A stretch of 64,000 nucleotides of DNA from Kiritimatiellia bacterium (GCA_040767085.1 JAXGPF010000004.1:313918-377917), one strand, 5' to 3'. Shown: positions 17,831-28,736, counted from the first letter of the stretch. A program made the numbers and translations. Notes: a model not told the origin generated them from the letters alone.

Positions 17831-19015
17831 ATGAAAATTACAAGCATTCGAACATTCCTCTGTCATGCCTACCGCACCAACTGGGTGTTCGTGAAAGTGC
17901 TGACCGACGCCGGCCTGCATGGCATCGGGGAAGCCACCCTGGAATACCGGGAATTGACGGTGCGCCAGGCCGTCCATGACCTTGAACGCAGTTTGGTTGG
18001 AAAAGATCCGCGCAATATCGAGGCCATCTGGCAGCAGGCCTACCGCGACGCCTATTGGCGCGGCGGGCCGGTGCTGATGAGCGCCCTCTCAGGGGTGGAG
18101 ATGGCGCTGTGGGATATCAAGGGCAAGGAACTGGGTGTGCCGGTATTTCAATTGCTGGGCGGCAAGGTGCGCGACGCCATCCCCTGTTACGCCAACGCCT
18201 GGTTTGCCGGAGCCCGGACGCCGGCGGAATTCGCCGCGAAGGCGCAAGCCGCCGTGGCCGCAGGATTCAAGGGCCTGAAGTGGGATCCATTCGGCAGCGC
18301 CTGGATGAATATCTCCAAGCCGGAACTGCGGACGGCGCTGGACTGCGTCCAGGCGGTGGCGGCGGCGGCGGGGCGGGACGTGGATATCATGATCGAAGGG
18401 CACGGGCGGTTCAATGTTCCGACCGCCGTGCGCGTTGGCCGGGCATTGGAGGATTTTGACATTACATGGTTCGAAGAGCCGATCCCGCCGGACGACATGC
18501 CGGGGCTGCTGGAAGTCAAACGACGGGTGCGCGTGCCGATTGCCGGCGGCGAACGCCTGTATTCGCGCTGGGATTTCCGCGAGTATATCAACCGGCGCTG
18601 TGTGGATTTCATCCAACCGGATGTCTCGCATTGCGGCGGGATCGGCGAGTTGAAGAAAATTGCCGCCATGGCCGAAAGCGCGCACCTGGCCGTCTGCCCG
18701 CATAATCCCAGCGGCCCGGTGGCCAATGCCGCCAGCCTGCAACTGGCCGCCTGTATCCCAAATTATTATTTGCTGGAAACCATGGCGACGGATGTGCCAT
18801 ACCGGCGTGAAATCACGAATGAAGCGGTGGTCTTTACAGATGGCGCCATGCGGATACCGGATGCGCCGGGGCTCGGGTTGGATCTTAACGAAGCCGCGAT
18901 TGCCGCGCACCCATTCGAGCCGCGGACATTGCGGCATTATGCCGGCACCCTGACCGATATCCGGCCGCCGGATGCGGCGGGATACGCCATGCCGGACCGC
19001 CAGGCGCATTTATGA
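17831..19015 (+). CDS. dgoD: Galactonate dehydratase-like enzyme (mandelate racemase/enolase superfamily)
   Basis: GIGEATLE, YWRGG, ALWDIKGK, KWDPF, EGHGRF, WFEEP, GER, QPDVSHCGGI, PHNP, PGLG. Substrate not certain. Confidence 0.8.
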   Translation: MKITSIRTFLCHAYRTNWVFVKVLTDAGLHGIGEATLEYRELTVRQAVHDLERSLVGKDPRNIEAIWQQAYRDAYWRGGPVLMSALSGVEMALWDIKGKELGVPVFQLLGGKVRDAIPCYANAWFAGARTPAEFAAKAQAAVAAGFKGLKWDPFGSAWMNISKPELRTALDCVQAVAAAAGRDVDIMIEGHGRFNVPTAVRVGRALEDFDITWFEEPIPPDDMPGLLEVKRRVRVPIAGGERLYSRWDFREYINRRCVDFIQPDVSHCGGIGELKKIAAMAESAHLAVCPHNPSGPVANAASLQLAACIPNYYLLETMATDVPYRREITNEAVVFTDGAMRIPDAPGLGLDLNEAAIAAHPFEPRTLRHYAGTLTDIRPPDAAGYAMPDRQAHL

Positions 19016-19773
19016 TCAAAGTTGTCGCCAAAACCTTCGCCGTGCTGGAATTCGCCGCCGCGCATACCGGCCGGCCGGTGCTGCCCGGCGAGACGGCCGC
19101 AGCCCTGCGTTTGAACCAGGCCACCACGGTCAGGATCATGCGCGATTTGCTCGAACTGGGTTACCTCGCGCAGATTTCACGCAACAAGGGATATGTGCTC
19201 GGGCCGATGGCGCGCGGGGTTTTCGAGCGGAACCATTACCGCGCCCACCTGATCCGGATAGCGGCGCCGGCGGTGAAAGACTGCGCGGCGCAGACCGGCG
19301 AGTCGGTGGTGCTGGCGGTCATGCAAAGCGCGCGCCGCTACGTGCTCCTGCACGAAAACCGCAATCCAACCCTGAATATTAACGTCAGCGCGCTTTATTA
19401 TGACGACCTTTATCTCACGGCCACCGGGCGGCTGCTCCTGGCGCATGCCAATGCCGCGGATTTGAATGCGGTTGTAAAGAAATTGGATTTACCCGATCCC
19501 GCCGTCTGGCCGGAAGCCGCAACGGCGCCGGGATTGAACCGCGAACTGCGCAGGATCCGCCAGCATGGTTTTGTCTCTTTCCGCAGCGGCCAAACCGGCT
19601 TGCAGATCATGGCCGCCCCGATCTGGGAAGCGGACAAATGCCTGGCCGCTCTGGGCGCTTCTTTCCCTGGCGCCAGTGCCTCCAAGGCGAAGCATGACCG
19701 CATCCTGGCGGCCGTCCGGGAGACGGCCGCCGCAATTACGCGAAAGCTCGCCGTGATCCGTACGGCTGGATAG
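19012..19773 (+). CDS. IclR family transcriptional regulator
   Basis: N-terminal HTH (KTFAVLE...ATTVRIMRDLLELGY...YVLG), TGES, TATGRLLLA, MAAPI. Confidence 0.9.
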   Translation: MIKVVAKTFAVLEFAAAHTGRPVLPGETAAALRLNQATTVRIMRDLLELGYLAQISRNKGYVLGPMARGVFERNHYRAHLIRIAAPAVKDCAAQTGESVVLAVMQSARRYVLLHENRNPTLNINVSALYYDDLYLTATGRLLLAHANAADLNAVVKKLDLPDPAVWPEAATAPGLNRELRRIRQHGFVSFRSGQTGLQIMAAPIWEADKCLAALGASFPGASASKAKHDRILAAVRETAAAITRKLAVIRTAG

Positions 19774-19780
19774 GAAGCTT

Positions 19781-20726
19781 ATGGAACACAAACACATCAT
19801 TCCCGCCCCGCGCCATGCGGCATGGCGGAAGGAAACGGTATCAGCCCATGACTATGCGCTCAGGCCGGAAGATTTTAAGCCGATCGACCGGGAATTATGG
19901 GACCGGTTCCAGGCGGTATTTCCCGCCCAAAAGGGGAAGCAGGCGGCGCGCGTAACGCTGGATGCCGCGTTGCCGGAAGAGGGATACGCGCTGGATATCC
20001 AGCCGGCGGGCGTGGCGATCCGGGCCAAAACCGCGCGCAACCTGGGTGAATGTCCGGCCTGCGCCGAAGCAGCTGCGCGGGAGGGACCGGAAGGCGTTTA
20101 CCTCAGGTTTATTAATAAAATGTGTGACTGGGCGCGGCAGCAGGGTCGGACGCCGGTCTTGTGGGATGACATGCTTTGCCGTGATCCCGCGATCATTGAC
20201 CGGCGTGACCTCCACCATGATCATGTACCGGGACTACTGGACCACTTCCGTCAAAAGTCCCATTGTCGTCGCACGCGCATCCGGCAAGGGCATGGTTTAC
20301 GACCGGCGCTGGAACGACCAGTGGGCGGCGGAACGCAGCGAACTGGAGCAAACGATCGGCCGGCGGCCGCCGGACTTGGAATTGCCGGGGCCCGTGATCC
20401 ATGTTCCGTGCCGGCCGCCGCCCTCGCTTTTGCGGCTCTGGGAACACCTGGCGATCAAACTGGTGTTCAACACCATTTCAACCGCCACGGCGGCGCGGCT
20501 GGGGCGGCTGCGCGGCAACTGGATGGCCTTTGTCGAGACGACCAACAAGAAACTGATCGACCGGGGCACCCGGCTGGTGGCGGAATTGTGCGGATTGGAT
20601 TACACCGCAGCCTGCATCGCCCTGCATGCAACCATGGCGGAAATGGCGGCCATGCCGGAGCCGGAACGCAAAAAACATTCGCCGGTGGCGCTGACGGTCG
20701 AACGGACCGGGTTGAAGCGTGGTTGA
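19781..20726 (+). pseudogene. Mosaic remnant: GH20-like hexosaminidase fragments joined to a MurQ/GKRP-like C-terminus
   Basis: IIPAPR and EEGYALDI (GH20 domain 2), then CPAC...PVLWDDML. After a frame change near 20205: IMYRDYW, then KLVFNTISTATAARLGRLRGNWM...TNKKLIDRG. Confidence 0.65.
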
Positions 20727-20775
20727 GCGGTTCAGGATGATGATGTTTCGAATGACACGCGATTGGATCTGACCT

Positions 20776-23700
20776 ATGGGCATGAACCAGAACTATTTTT
20801 ATGATTTCGATACCGAGCCGGAAATCGGGAATTGGGTTGCAACACGGCTGGCGCCCGGCCGATATACGATTTCCGCAACATTCACCCCGCCGGCGGCCGG
20901 AGAGTATACGCTGCTGTTGGCGCCGCGGCATCCGACAGATAAATGGAAATTATTATCGCTGAAAGCCGCCGGCCGCGAATTCCAGGCTTGCGAATCCTCC
21001 ATTGCATATGTCAGCCCCAACTCGTGCGGCGGCTGGCGGTACGCGTTTCATGTTTCCTTGCCGGCCGGCGCCCAGTCCCTGGAATTGCGCGTGCAATCGA
21101 GCACGGAGGCGCCCGCGGCAGGATTTAAAGCCACCTGGATAAGCAATTCCATAATGACAACGCCATTAGCAAAAAATAATAATGCGGCGCCGGCGTGTTT
21201 TCCTCCCGGGCAAACCGGGCCGGAGGCAGCCCGGACACAGGTTGACCTGGGAGCGTCTCCGGAACTAAAAGATTATCTCCCCGGGATTGGCACGGATGCG
21301 AGCCCCAGTGCCGGCCGGTTCGGCTACACCAAGGGCGATGGCGTGCTGGATTGCGCCATGCCGATGCTGGGCATCATCGACAAGATGTATCTCTGCGGCC
21401 ACCCCCGGTACAACAAGCCATTCAAGTGGACTTATGCCGTGCTGCCGCCCGGCCTTGATCCGGCAACGGCCCGGCACGGTTCAACGCCGCCGGCACAGGT
21501 GGGCCTGGAGAACGACAAGATCGCCGTCAACCACCTGTCCGTCCGATGGCAAGCCAGCTTTGCGGCCACGGCGGATTTTTTCGAACGTCAAGCCGGGGCA
21601 AAAGTTGATTTTGCCTGCACCTACTCGCTGGCATCGCCGGGCCTCCTGGTCGAAACCTCCGATCCGGGCCTCTCGCTTTCCATGCTGGAATACGCCGGAA
21701 ATTACCAATTCTTTCTGGTTCCCCTAAAAGGCGGCATACGGAGCGTGCCTTTGGATGGCGATTGCCCGCTGGCCGGCACGATGACGGAAAACTGGCTGCT
21801 TTTGTTCGGCGCCACGGAATTTCCCGATGTGCCGATTCTGCTGGTGTTTACCCGGGAACCCGACGGCGTGCGGGCGCGGCGCAATCGCTCCGGGCGTTTG
21901 ACCGCGCTGGATTTTCACCTGCCGGCTGTCGCCGGACAAGATACAAAAGTATTCTGCGCGACGCCCTTCGGCATCGAGAGTTTCGATCCGGGAACCTTGT
22001 ATGGAGCAAAATACATGGCCGATGCGATCCGCCGCTGCCGGTTCTGGTCGCGGGCGTTCCTTGCCTACCCGGTGAAATGCAGGGAATATTACCAGACGGA
22101 TGAACCCGCCGGGCAGGTGAAAATCATCCAGAAATTCGAATATCGGAAACTTTCTGACGCGTGGGGAACGCCGCCATTAACGACCGCACCGCTGCCGCCG
22201 CCTTTGACGCTTCTGGATGGCCGGGGGATTGTTGCGTTAGACCAGGCGGCCCATGATTACAGGTTCCCCACCAAGTACGGGTATCTGAAAGGCGCGGTTG
22301 ACCGCGATTATGCGGAGTATATCCTGCCGTGCATGCCGCGCGTCCGCCGGTTTCCCCTGCGCGATACGCGCGACCGGCAAATTCCGGACTTGCTGGCCGA
22401 CGGCCTGGACGAATATTTCCGCTTCCACGAGCAGTTTGACCCGGACAAGCAGGCGTATCCTTATGCGGGGTCCGCGTTGGAGCCGTTTGCCTGGTCGGCA
22501 TCGTTGTTTAATTTCATGGAACCGGAGGCCCGGCGGCGCCTGGCCGGAAAGCTTGCGGATCGACTGCCGTTTGCGTGCGATGCGGAGCGGCATTATGTTT
22601 ACCCGGCGATCTGCTGGGGCGATTTCATGCGGGAGATGCCCGGGACTGACCGGGTATTGGAAATTTACCGCGACCCGGCCATGAAACATATCGAGCTTTT
22701 CAACTGGTACTGGCGCAAGGAGCCGTTTACCGGCCTGGCCTACCGGATTTGCTATCTGAATGTAGGCCTGTTTTCCAGCGGCAAGATCAAGACGGGCAGT
22801 CGTGCTGAAATTGCCGGACTGAAAATGCCCCTGATCGAGAATGATTGGGGCGCGGGATTGGCTTTTTACTACATTTATCTGGCGGCGCAAATTTCCGGTG
22901 ATTATTCGGCCGTGCGCAAGCACTGGCAAACACTTTGCGATGGATTTGACTATTTTGCCAAATTGCATGACTGGGCCTGCATGGCCACCGCCTACAGCGA
23001 CAATGGCATTGCCTGGATCGAAGGCGCCAATTACGGGGCATTTACCGCGTTTGTCAACCTGGCCGAAGCGGTGGGCGATCAGGATGCATCCGCCAAGGGC
23101 GTTTATATCGCGGCCAAGCAGTTTGCCCTGCGCCTGGCGCAATTCGTTTCCGGCGCAACATATTTCTGCCGCTATCTTGATCACCCGCCGTGGTATATTA
23201 CCAAGTTGTTCCACGAGGAGGCCGCGCCCGGCGCCGGATTTCTGCATGTGCCGGAACTCTGGCGGGATGAATTTGCCGGGATATACAATCTGACCACCGA
23301 AGGCATGTATCCGGAAGTGTTTGCCGGCTTAAATGAATTCCTGCCGCAAGAATGGCGCCTGGTGCGCGAGATGGCCCTGCAGGCTTATGCCGCCAATTTG
23401 AAAAACAGCGCCCTGCATGCATGGGGGGAAGTCCAGGGGTGCGCTTCATGCCTGATTGCCGCCGCGTTGGACGATGGTATGGCTGAGGAAAAATTATTGC
23501 GCGAAATTCGAGAGGTGGAAAGCCGCGGACATCTGCTTCAGGCATGGCGCGGCATCCACATTTACAGCCGGCTGTTGCCTCGCAATTATTTCAAATGCCA
23601 GTTGCTGGCCTGGCAAGCCAGCAAAACTCACCCGGCCTGGCTGGAATTCTGGACCAATACCGAAATAGAGCGCGCGGACTGGGATTCTGGCCAGGAGTCC

Positions 23701-23874
23701 GCTATCATCGAATTCAAACTCCGTGGGAATCATGCCGTCATCCGGTTCGGCGTGCGGCGCAATCCGTCATCCGTGCGCTTGAACGGACGAAAGCTTCATA
23801 CATGGCAGGCGGAAAAACAAAAGCTGACTGTTTCCGCGGCCGAGGAAGGCCTTCTGGTATTATCTTTCGCTTGA
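20776..23874 (+). CDS. Large hypothetical protein (1032 aa), possibly carbohydrate-active
   Basis: Long open frame, aromatic-rich, no signal peptide; lies in a sugar-catabolic operon. No family recognised. Confidence 0.7.
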   Translation: MGMNQNYFYDFDTEPEIGNWVATRLAPGRYTISATFTPPAAGEYTLLLAPRHPTDKWKLLSLKAAGREFQACESSIAYVSPNSCGGWRYAFHVSLPAGAQSLELRVQSSTEAPAAGFKATWISNSIMTTPLAKNNNAAPACFPPGQTGPEAARTQVDLGASPELKDYLPGIGTDASPSAGRFGYTKGDGVLDCAMPMLGIIDKMYLCGHPRYNKPFKWTYAVLPPGLDPATARHGSTPPAQVGLENDKIAVNHLSVRWQASFAATADFFERQAGAKVDFACTYSLASPGLLVETSDPGLSLSMLEYAGNYQFFLVPLKGGIRSVPLDGDCPLAGTMTENWLLLFGATEFPDVPILLVFTREPDGVRARRNRSGRLTALDFHLPAVAGQDTKVFCATPFGIESFDPGTLYGAKYMADAIRRCRFWSRAFLAYPVKCREYYQTDEPAGQVKIIQKFEYRKLSDAWGTPPLTTAPLPPPLTLLDGRGIVALDQAAHDYRFPTKYGYLKGAVDRDYAEYILPCMPRVRRFPLRDTRDRQIPDLLADGLDEYFRFHEQFDPDKQAYPYAGSALEPFAWSASLFNFMEPEARRRLAGKLADRLPFACDAERHYVYPAICWGDFMREMPGTDRVLEIYRDPAMKHIELFNWYWRKEPFTGLAYRICYLNVGLFSSGKIKTGSRAEIAGLKMPLIENDWGAGLAFYYIYLAAQISGDYSAVRKHWQTLCDGFDYFAKLHDWACMATAYSDNGIAWIEGANYGAFTAFVNLAEAVGDQDASAKGVYIAAKQFALRLAQFVSGATYFCRYLDHPPWYITKLFHEEAAPGAGFLHVPELWRDEFAGIYNLTTEGMYPEVFAGLNEFLPQEWRLVREMALQAYAANLKNSALHAWGEVQGCASCLIAAALDDGMAEEKLLREIREVESRGHLLQAWRGIHIYSRLLPRNYFKCQLLAWQASKTHPAWLEFWTNTEIERADWDSGQESAIIEFKLRGNHAVIRFGVRRNPSSVRLNGRKLHTWQAEKQKLTVSAAEEGLLVLSFA

Positions 23875-23931
23875 CGCGCCGGCTTGGGCCATGCCGCCCT
23901 GCTGCGGCGTCCGGCCGGCCCTTAGCCCTGG

Positions 23932-26900
23932 TTACTCCACCGCCATCGTCACCCGCGAAACCAAGATCGGCCCATCGAGGCGCAGGATGCCGTCCCTCGG
24001 GTAATCCACGGCGAACCAGAGGTTGTATGTCCCGGGCGCAAGGGACATGTCCTGCGCCAAGATGATTTGCGGCAGGTTCATCAGCGGACCCTGGTACGCC
24101 GGCCGACAGTTGGCAAGATTGCCGTCAAACGGAATGAAAGCCATGTCGGTATTCAGGTAATACCAGAGGTTCCCGTCGTGCGCATACGCCGCCACCCACC
24201 AGTCCACGTTGTGCCCGACATATTCAGCGGGCAGGTTCATCATTTCCACGGCAATCGTGACGGGTGTGCCGGCGGCAATACGCACGTTGTCCCCCACCAT
24301 CCCGTTGACGCTCACCAGCGGGCCGACCACCCCGGTGTAACCGCTGTCCGGCGCGCTGAATGAACTCGCACCGGCGGCATTCACCGCCTTGATCCAGTAA
24401 TAATATGTCGTCTGGCTCAGAGCCGTCAGATCATCATACCATTCGAGGACGGCCTGCCCGATTTTAGCGGCCACGCTGACATCGCGCGTGGTATGACGCC
24501 AGACTTCATACGATACCGCGCCGGCCGCGTAGTCCCAACTCATGCGCACTCTGTCCGGGTAAACGCCGTCGCTCGCGGAAACGCCGGTCGGGGTATCCGG
24601 CTGAGAGCCTGTTACCGTAACGCTGATGGATACTTGCGGAGCCGCGAGCCAGTTGTTATCGCCCGGCTGACTCGCCGCCACCACGACCACACCCGTCCCG
24701 CGGAACGAAAGCACGTTGGCGGCGGAGATTTTGCCCGGGCCGGACACCACCGTGAAAAACACCGGCAGCCCGGAGGAGGCCGTGCCTGAAAGGTCCACCC
24801 GACTGGTTATTGTCTGCACCGGCACTGCCGGGAAGCAGATGGTTTGAACAGCTTTCGCCGCAACAACATAACCCGTGGCGACGGCAGCGGCATAAAGCGG
24901 ATCACTGGCTTTTGCCGCCGCCACGACCACCGTCCCAACGCCGCTGGTGATCCAGAGGTTGGAACCGCCGACAATCTGGCCGGGTCCGGATTGGACGGCA
25001 AAAGCGATCGCGCCGCCGCCGGCTCCTCCTGCCGCCGCAAGGACATTGGTAGTATTATAGGTTTGCGGGCTGCCAGGATTGAAAGTCAGCGGCGGCTGGG
25101 ACAATTTGAAAACGTTGAAAACATTGGCGACATTCAGTGCCGGCAGCCAGTTGGCATCGCCGGGTTGGCTGGCAATTACCGTGACCTGGCCTGTGCCGGA
25201 AAAGACCAGCGTGGTCGGGCTGATGAAAAAGGCCGGCCCGCCGCCGCCCAGGGAAAACGCGACCGGATTGCCCGAAGATGCGCTGGCGCTCAAATTGAGC
25301 TGGTTGGTGATGAGTTGCGCGCCGGGGTTGGGAAATTGAATCGTCTGGCTGGCCCGGGCAATTGTCAAGGCCATCGTGCGAAGATGGACCGTTCCCGACG
25401 TGACATTCGAAAACACAACTACCTGGGTATACGGGCCGGCGGGCATGGCCGCCGCCGCCGCGCCAATCGCCGCCACCACCTGCGTGCCGGACCAGGCCGG
25501 CAAGGCCACCCAGTTAGTGCTGACCGTAAGCCAGGGCGGCACGTTGCTTACCGTCCAGGCAACAGTGCCCGGGCTGGCGTTGGTGAGCCGGTATATTTTC
25601 TGGGTGGGACTGAACGGCCCGCCATACACGCCCTGAGCGGCCAGGCCGTCCCAGGGTGTGACCAGCGCCAGGATATCCACCCCGGCCAGGGCATTGCTCA
25701 GGTTGGGCAGCGGCCCGATATTGCCGGACAGGCCGAAGGTTTGGGCATAGCCGCTCTGCACCAGGTTCGACCGTAACATCAGCGGCGGCAGGTAGAAGCC
25801 GTAGTTGGCGCGCGCATAACTCTGAATGGCGCCGGCGATGGCGGCGGAAAGCGCGCTGCCGCTGGAAGTTCCGGAAAAAGTGCGGGTATAATTATCGGTC
25901 GCCGACGACCCGGCAAGGTCGCCGTAGGCCAGGGTGGCGACGCTCCAATCGCCCCACCCCTGGATATCCAGGCGGGAGCCATAACACGAAAAGATGCAGC
26001 GCGCCCGGCTGGTGCTCTCTCCCGCGCCGACCATGATCGCGCCGGAATCGCGCGTGGCGCGCTGAAAGATGTTGCTCCAGCCGGCATTATCCAAATCCAG
26101 ATTGCCATTGCCCGCCGGCTCGATGACGATCCGGTCCAGGGCCGTCGCATTGGCGATGGCGCTGTAAATATCCGCTCGGACTTCGACCGGGCAATAGTTG
26201 CCGAAGGTGCTGCTCGTCTCCTGTTGCTCCAGCAGGATGACGTCCCCGGGGGCAGTGCGCGCCACGGCTTGGTTGATGGCATCGGCAATAACCCAGAACC
26301 CGCTGGAAACGGAACTGATCATACTGACGGCGCCTTGATGAATAATGCCGTTCATACCGAATCCATTGCTCAGTGCGCCGCTGATACCGACGCTGGCGGT
26401 CCCGTGGTCGGGGCCGTAATTGGTATAAAGATCGCCCCAGAGCAAATTCGTCGCGCGCATCTGGAGGTCTTCGTGGCCGAAGGTCCAATCATATTCGATA
26501 TCAATCAGGCGCGCCTGCGACCCGTTGCCGCCGGGCTTGCTCCAGGCATAATTGACATCGTAGCCGTTGGTGGCTGCCGGCCCCAGATAAATCTGGTTGG
26601 TTGAAAGGTCCGGCGTTGGCGGCGGCAAAGGACGCGAGCGGGCATAGGCGGTTTCCACCAGGGAATTGGTCCGCAGGGCGTTCAACAAAGCGGCGGCGGC
26701 ATGGTAATCCGGCACCGGCACATCGAAAAAAAGCGTCAAATCGGGCAAATCCGCCCCCACGCTGCGTTTGGCCGCGTCGTTCTCGCCGCGGAGCATGGCC
26801 GGCGCGCGCGAAAAGGTCGGCCGCGGGCTGGCGGCGCCGGCGGCCGCCAGCAGGCTGCGCAAAACCGCCAGTTGCTGGTCCTGTGCCGCCACCGGGGATT

Positions 26901-27108
26901 GGAAGAATCGCCCGGCGGCCAAGGTGCGGCTGATGGGAATGTCATTATGAAATTTCAGCACCACCACCCCGCCGTAGAATTCCCGCGGCGGCATGGGCGC
27001 GGGCGGGTCGTGCGTAAAAGAGCGATACAGAACCGCCCCGGCATTTCCGGCCATGCAACATACCATCAGCAACGCTACCGCCCGCGCCGTCAGGCAATGC
27101 GGTTTCAT
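23932..27108 (-). CDS. Secreted subtilisin-like S8 peptidase with BACON-like, Ig-like and FN3 domains
   Basis: Signal peptide; triad D (IDIEYDW), H (DHGT), S (FSGTSS); oxyanion AGNG; SQTIxF repeats; PTGVSASDG...YYYWIKAVN FN3. Confidence 0.88.
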   Translation of the reverse strand: MKPHCLTARAVALLMVCCMAGNAGAVLYRSFTHDPPAPMPPREFYGGVVVLKFHNDIPISRTLAAGRFFQSPVAAQDQQLAVLRSLLAAAGAASPRPTFSRAPAMLRGENDAAKRSVGADLPDLTLFFDVPVPDYHAAAALLNALRTNSLVETAYARSRPLPPPTPDLSTNQIYLGPAATNGYDVNYAWSKPGGNGSQARLIDIEYDWTFGHEDLQMRATNLLWGDLYTNYGPDHGTASVGISGALSNGFGMNGIIHQGAVSMISSVSSGFWVIADAINQAVARTAPGDVILLEQQETSSTFGNYCPVEVRADIYSAIANATALDRIVIEPAGNGNLDLDNAGWSNIFQRATRDSGAIMVGAGESTSRARCIFSCYGSRLDIQGWGDWSVATLAYGDLAGSSATDNYTRTFSGTSSGSALSAAIAGAIQSYARANYGFYLPPLMLRSNLVQSGYAQTFGLSGNIGPLPNLSNALAGVDILALVTPWDGLAAQGVYGGPFSPTQKIYRLTNASPGTVAWTVSNVPPWLTVSTNWVALPAWSGTQVVAAIGAAAAAMPAGPYTQVVVFSNVTSGTVHLRTMALTIARASQTIQFPNPGAQLITNQLNLSASASSGNPVAFSLGGGGPAFFISPTTLVFSGTGQVTVIASQPGDANWLPALNVANVFNVFKLSQPPLTFNPGSPQTYNTTNVLAAAGGAGGGAIAFAVQSGPGQIVGGSNLWITSGVGTVVVAAAKASDPLYAAAVATGYVVAAKAVQTICFPAVPVQTITSRVDLSGTASSGLPVFFTVVSGPGKISAANVLSFRGTGVVVVAASQPGDNNWLAAPQVSISVTVTGSQPDTPTGVSASDGVYPDRVRMSWDYAAGAVSYEVWRHTTRDVSVAAKIGQAVLEWYDDLTALSQTTYYYWIKAVNAAGASSFSAPDSGYTGVVGPLVSVNGMVGDNVRIAAGTPVTIAVEMMNLPAEYVGHNVDWWVAAYAHDGNLWYYLNTDMAFIPFDGNLANCRPAYQGPLMNLPQIILAQDMSLAPGTYNLWFAVDYPRDGILRLDGPILVSRVTMAVE

Positions 27109-27329
27109 GGTTGGTCCTGCTTATCATGAAGAATGTATGGTTAAACGCTACCTCCCTGGCTTGGATGTTGAACCGGAACCCGGCGGTTGTCAAGCAGTTT
27201 ATTGCCCTATCCGCGCGCCCGCCAGGGCTGCAAAGGGGATAAATCCGCCCTGGGTGGGGACTGCATCGCTCCGCGAACGCGGAGTGATCTGGCGGCAACC
27301 GTTTGCGCTCAAAGCGCGCAATCTTCCGG

Positions 27330-28736
27330 TCAAAGCTCGTAGGCGTCGCCATATTCCGGAATGGCGGTGGGCCAGCCGCGGGCCTTCTTGAGGGCGGCCG
27401 CGAAGGACCGGGCGGCGTCTTCCTCGCCGTGGGTGATGAACACGCGGCGGGGCGCCTGTTGGACGCCGGCCAGCCATTCCAGCAGTTCTTCGCGGTCGGC
27501 ATGCGCGGAAAATCCCTCAATGCGGGATACCTGCGCCTTGACCTCCAGAGTTTCCCCGAACAAGCGCACCTTGTCCGCGCCATCCAGGATAATGCGGCCC
27601 AGCGTCCCGCGGGCCTGGTAGCCGACAAACAGGATGGTGCTTTCTTCACGCGGCAGGTTGGTTTTCAAATGATGCTTGATACGGCCGCCGGTGCACATGC
27701 CCGAGCCGGCGATAATGATGGCCGAACCGCGGATGCGGTTGATGGACTTGGATTCATCCGTCGTCCGGGTCAGGTGCAAATTGGGAAAATGCTCCATCAG
27801 TTTCCCGCCCTGCAGCAAAGCCTTGGTTTCGCGGTCAAACAACTCGGGATGCCGTTTAAACACCTCGGTGACGCTGATGGCCATGGGGCTGTCCACGAAG
27901 ATTTGCAGGTGCGGAATGCGGTCTTCCCGCAGCAGCGTCCCCAGGAAATATAAAAGCTCCTGGGTGCGCTCGACGGCGAAACTGGGAATCACGATATTGC
28001 CGCCGCGGCCGACGGTGGCGTTGATGACCTCCGCCAAGGCTGCGGGTATGTCCGCGGTAGCGCCATGCCGCCGGTCGCCGTAGGTGGATTCCACCTGGAT
28101 GTAATCGGCGTCCATCGCGGGGTCCGGATCGCGCTGGATGGGCAGGTTTTTCCGGCCCATGTCGCCGGATAGCAGCACGCTGCGCGCCGTGCCGTCCGTG
28201 TCGCGCAATTCGAGGCGCAGGAAAGCGGAGCCGAAAATATGTCCGGCCTCGTAAAAAGCGGCCGTGATGCCCGGCGCGATTTCCACCGGCTCGCGGTAAG
28301 GCGCTTTGCGCAAAAGGCCGATGGCCTTCTCGGCGTCGGCGACATCGTAAAGCGGCTCGTAGGGATACGGGCTGACCCGACCTTCACGTTCATGGCGTTT
28401 CTGCTTGAATTTGATATCTTCCACCTGCAACCGGGCGGAATCCAGCATGATGATTTCCGCGATCCCCCGAGTAGCCGGCGTGCAGAACACCGGCCCGGAA
28501 AATCCCTCCTTCACCAGGCGCGGCAAGCGCCCGCAATGGTCAAGATGCGCGTGCGTCAGCACCGCCGCATCAATCGTCTGCAAATCCTCCGGGAGCGGCT
28601 CCCAGTTGCGCTTTTTCAATTCGCGTTCCTGGAACATCCCGCAATCCACGATGACCCGGGCCCGGCTGGTGCTGAGCAAGGTGCAGGAGCCCGTCACATT
28701 CTTCGCCGCGCCGTAATATTTTATGTTAATGGACAT
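27330..28736 (-). CDS. MBL-fold beta-CASP ribonuclease (Ysh1-like)
   Basis: GAAKNVTGS, DCGMFQ, THAHLDHCG, AGHIFGS, SGDMG, ESTYGDR, FAVERTQE, AGSGMCTGGR, FSAHAD, HGE. Confidence 0.93.
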   Translation of the reverse strand: MSINIKYYGAAKNVTGSCTLLSTSRARVIVDCGMFQERELKKRNWEPLPEDLQTIDAAVLTHAHLDHCGRLPRLVKEGFSGPVFCTPATRGIAEIIMLDSARLQVEDIKFKQKRHEREGRVSPYPYEPLYDVADAEKAIGLLRKAPYREPVEIAPGITAAFYEAGHIFGSAFLRLELRDTDGTARSVLLSGDMGRKNLPIQRDPDPAMDADYIQVESTYGDRRHGATADIPAALAEVINATVGRGGNIVIPSFAVERTQELLYFLGTLLREDRIPHLQIFVDSPMAISVTEVFKRHPELFDRETKALLQGGKLMEHFPNLHLTRTTDESKSINRIRGSAIIIAGSGMCTGGRIKHHLKTNLPREESTILFVGYQARGTLGRIILDGADKVRLFGETLEVKAQVSRIEGFSAHADREELLEWLAGVQQAPRRVFITHGEEDAARSFAAALKKARGWPTAIPEYGDAYEL

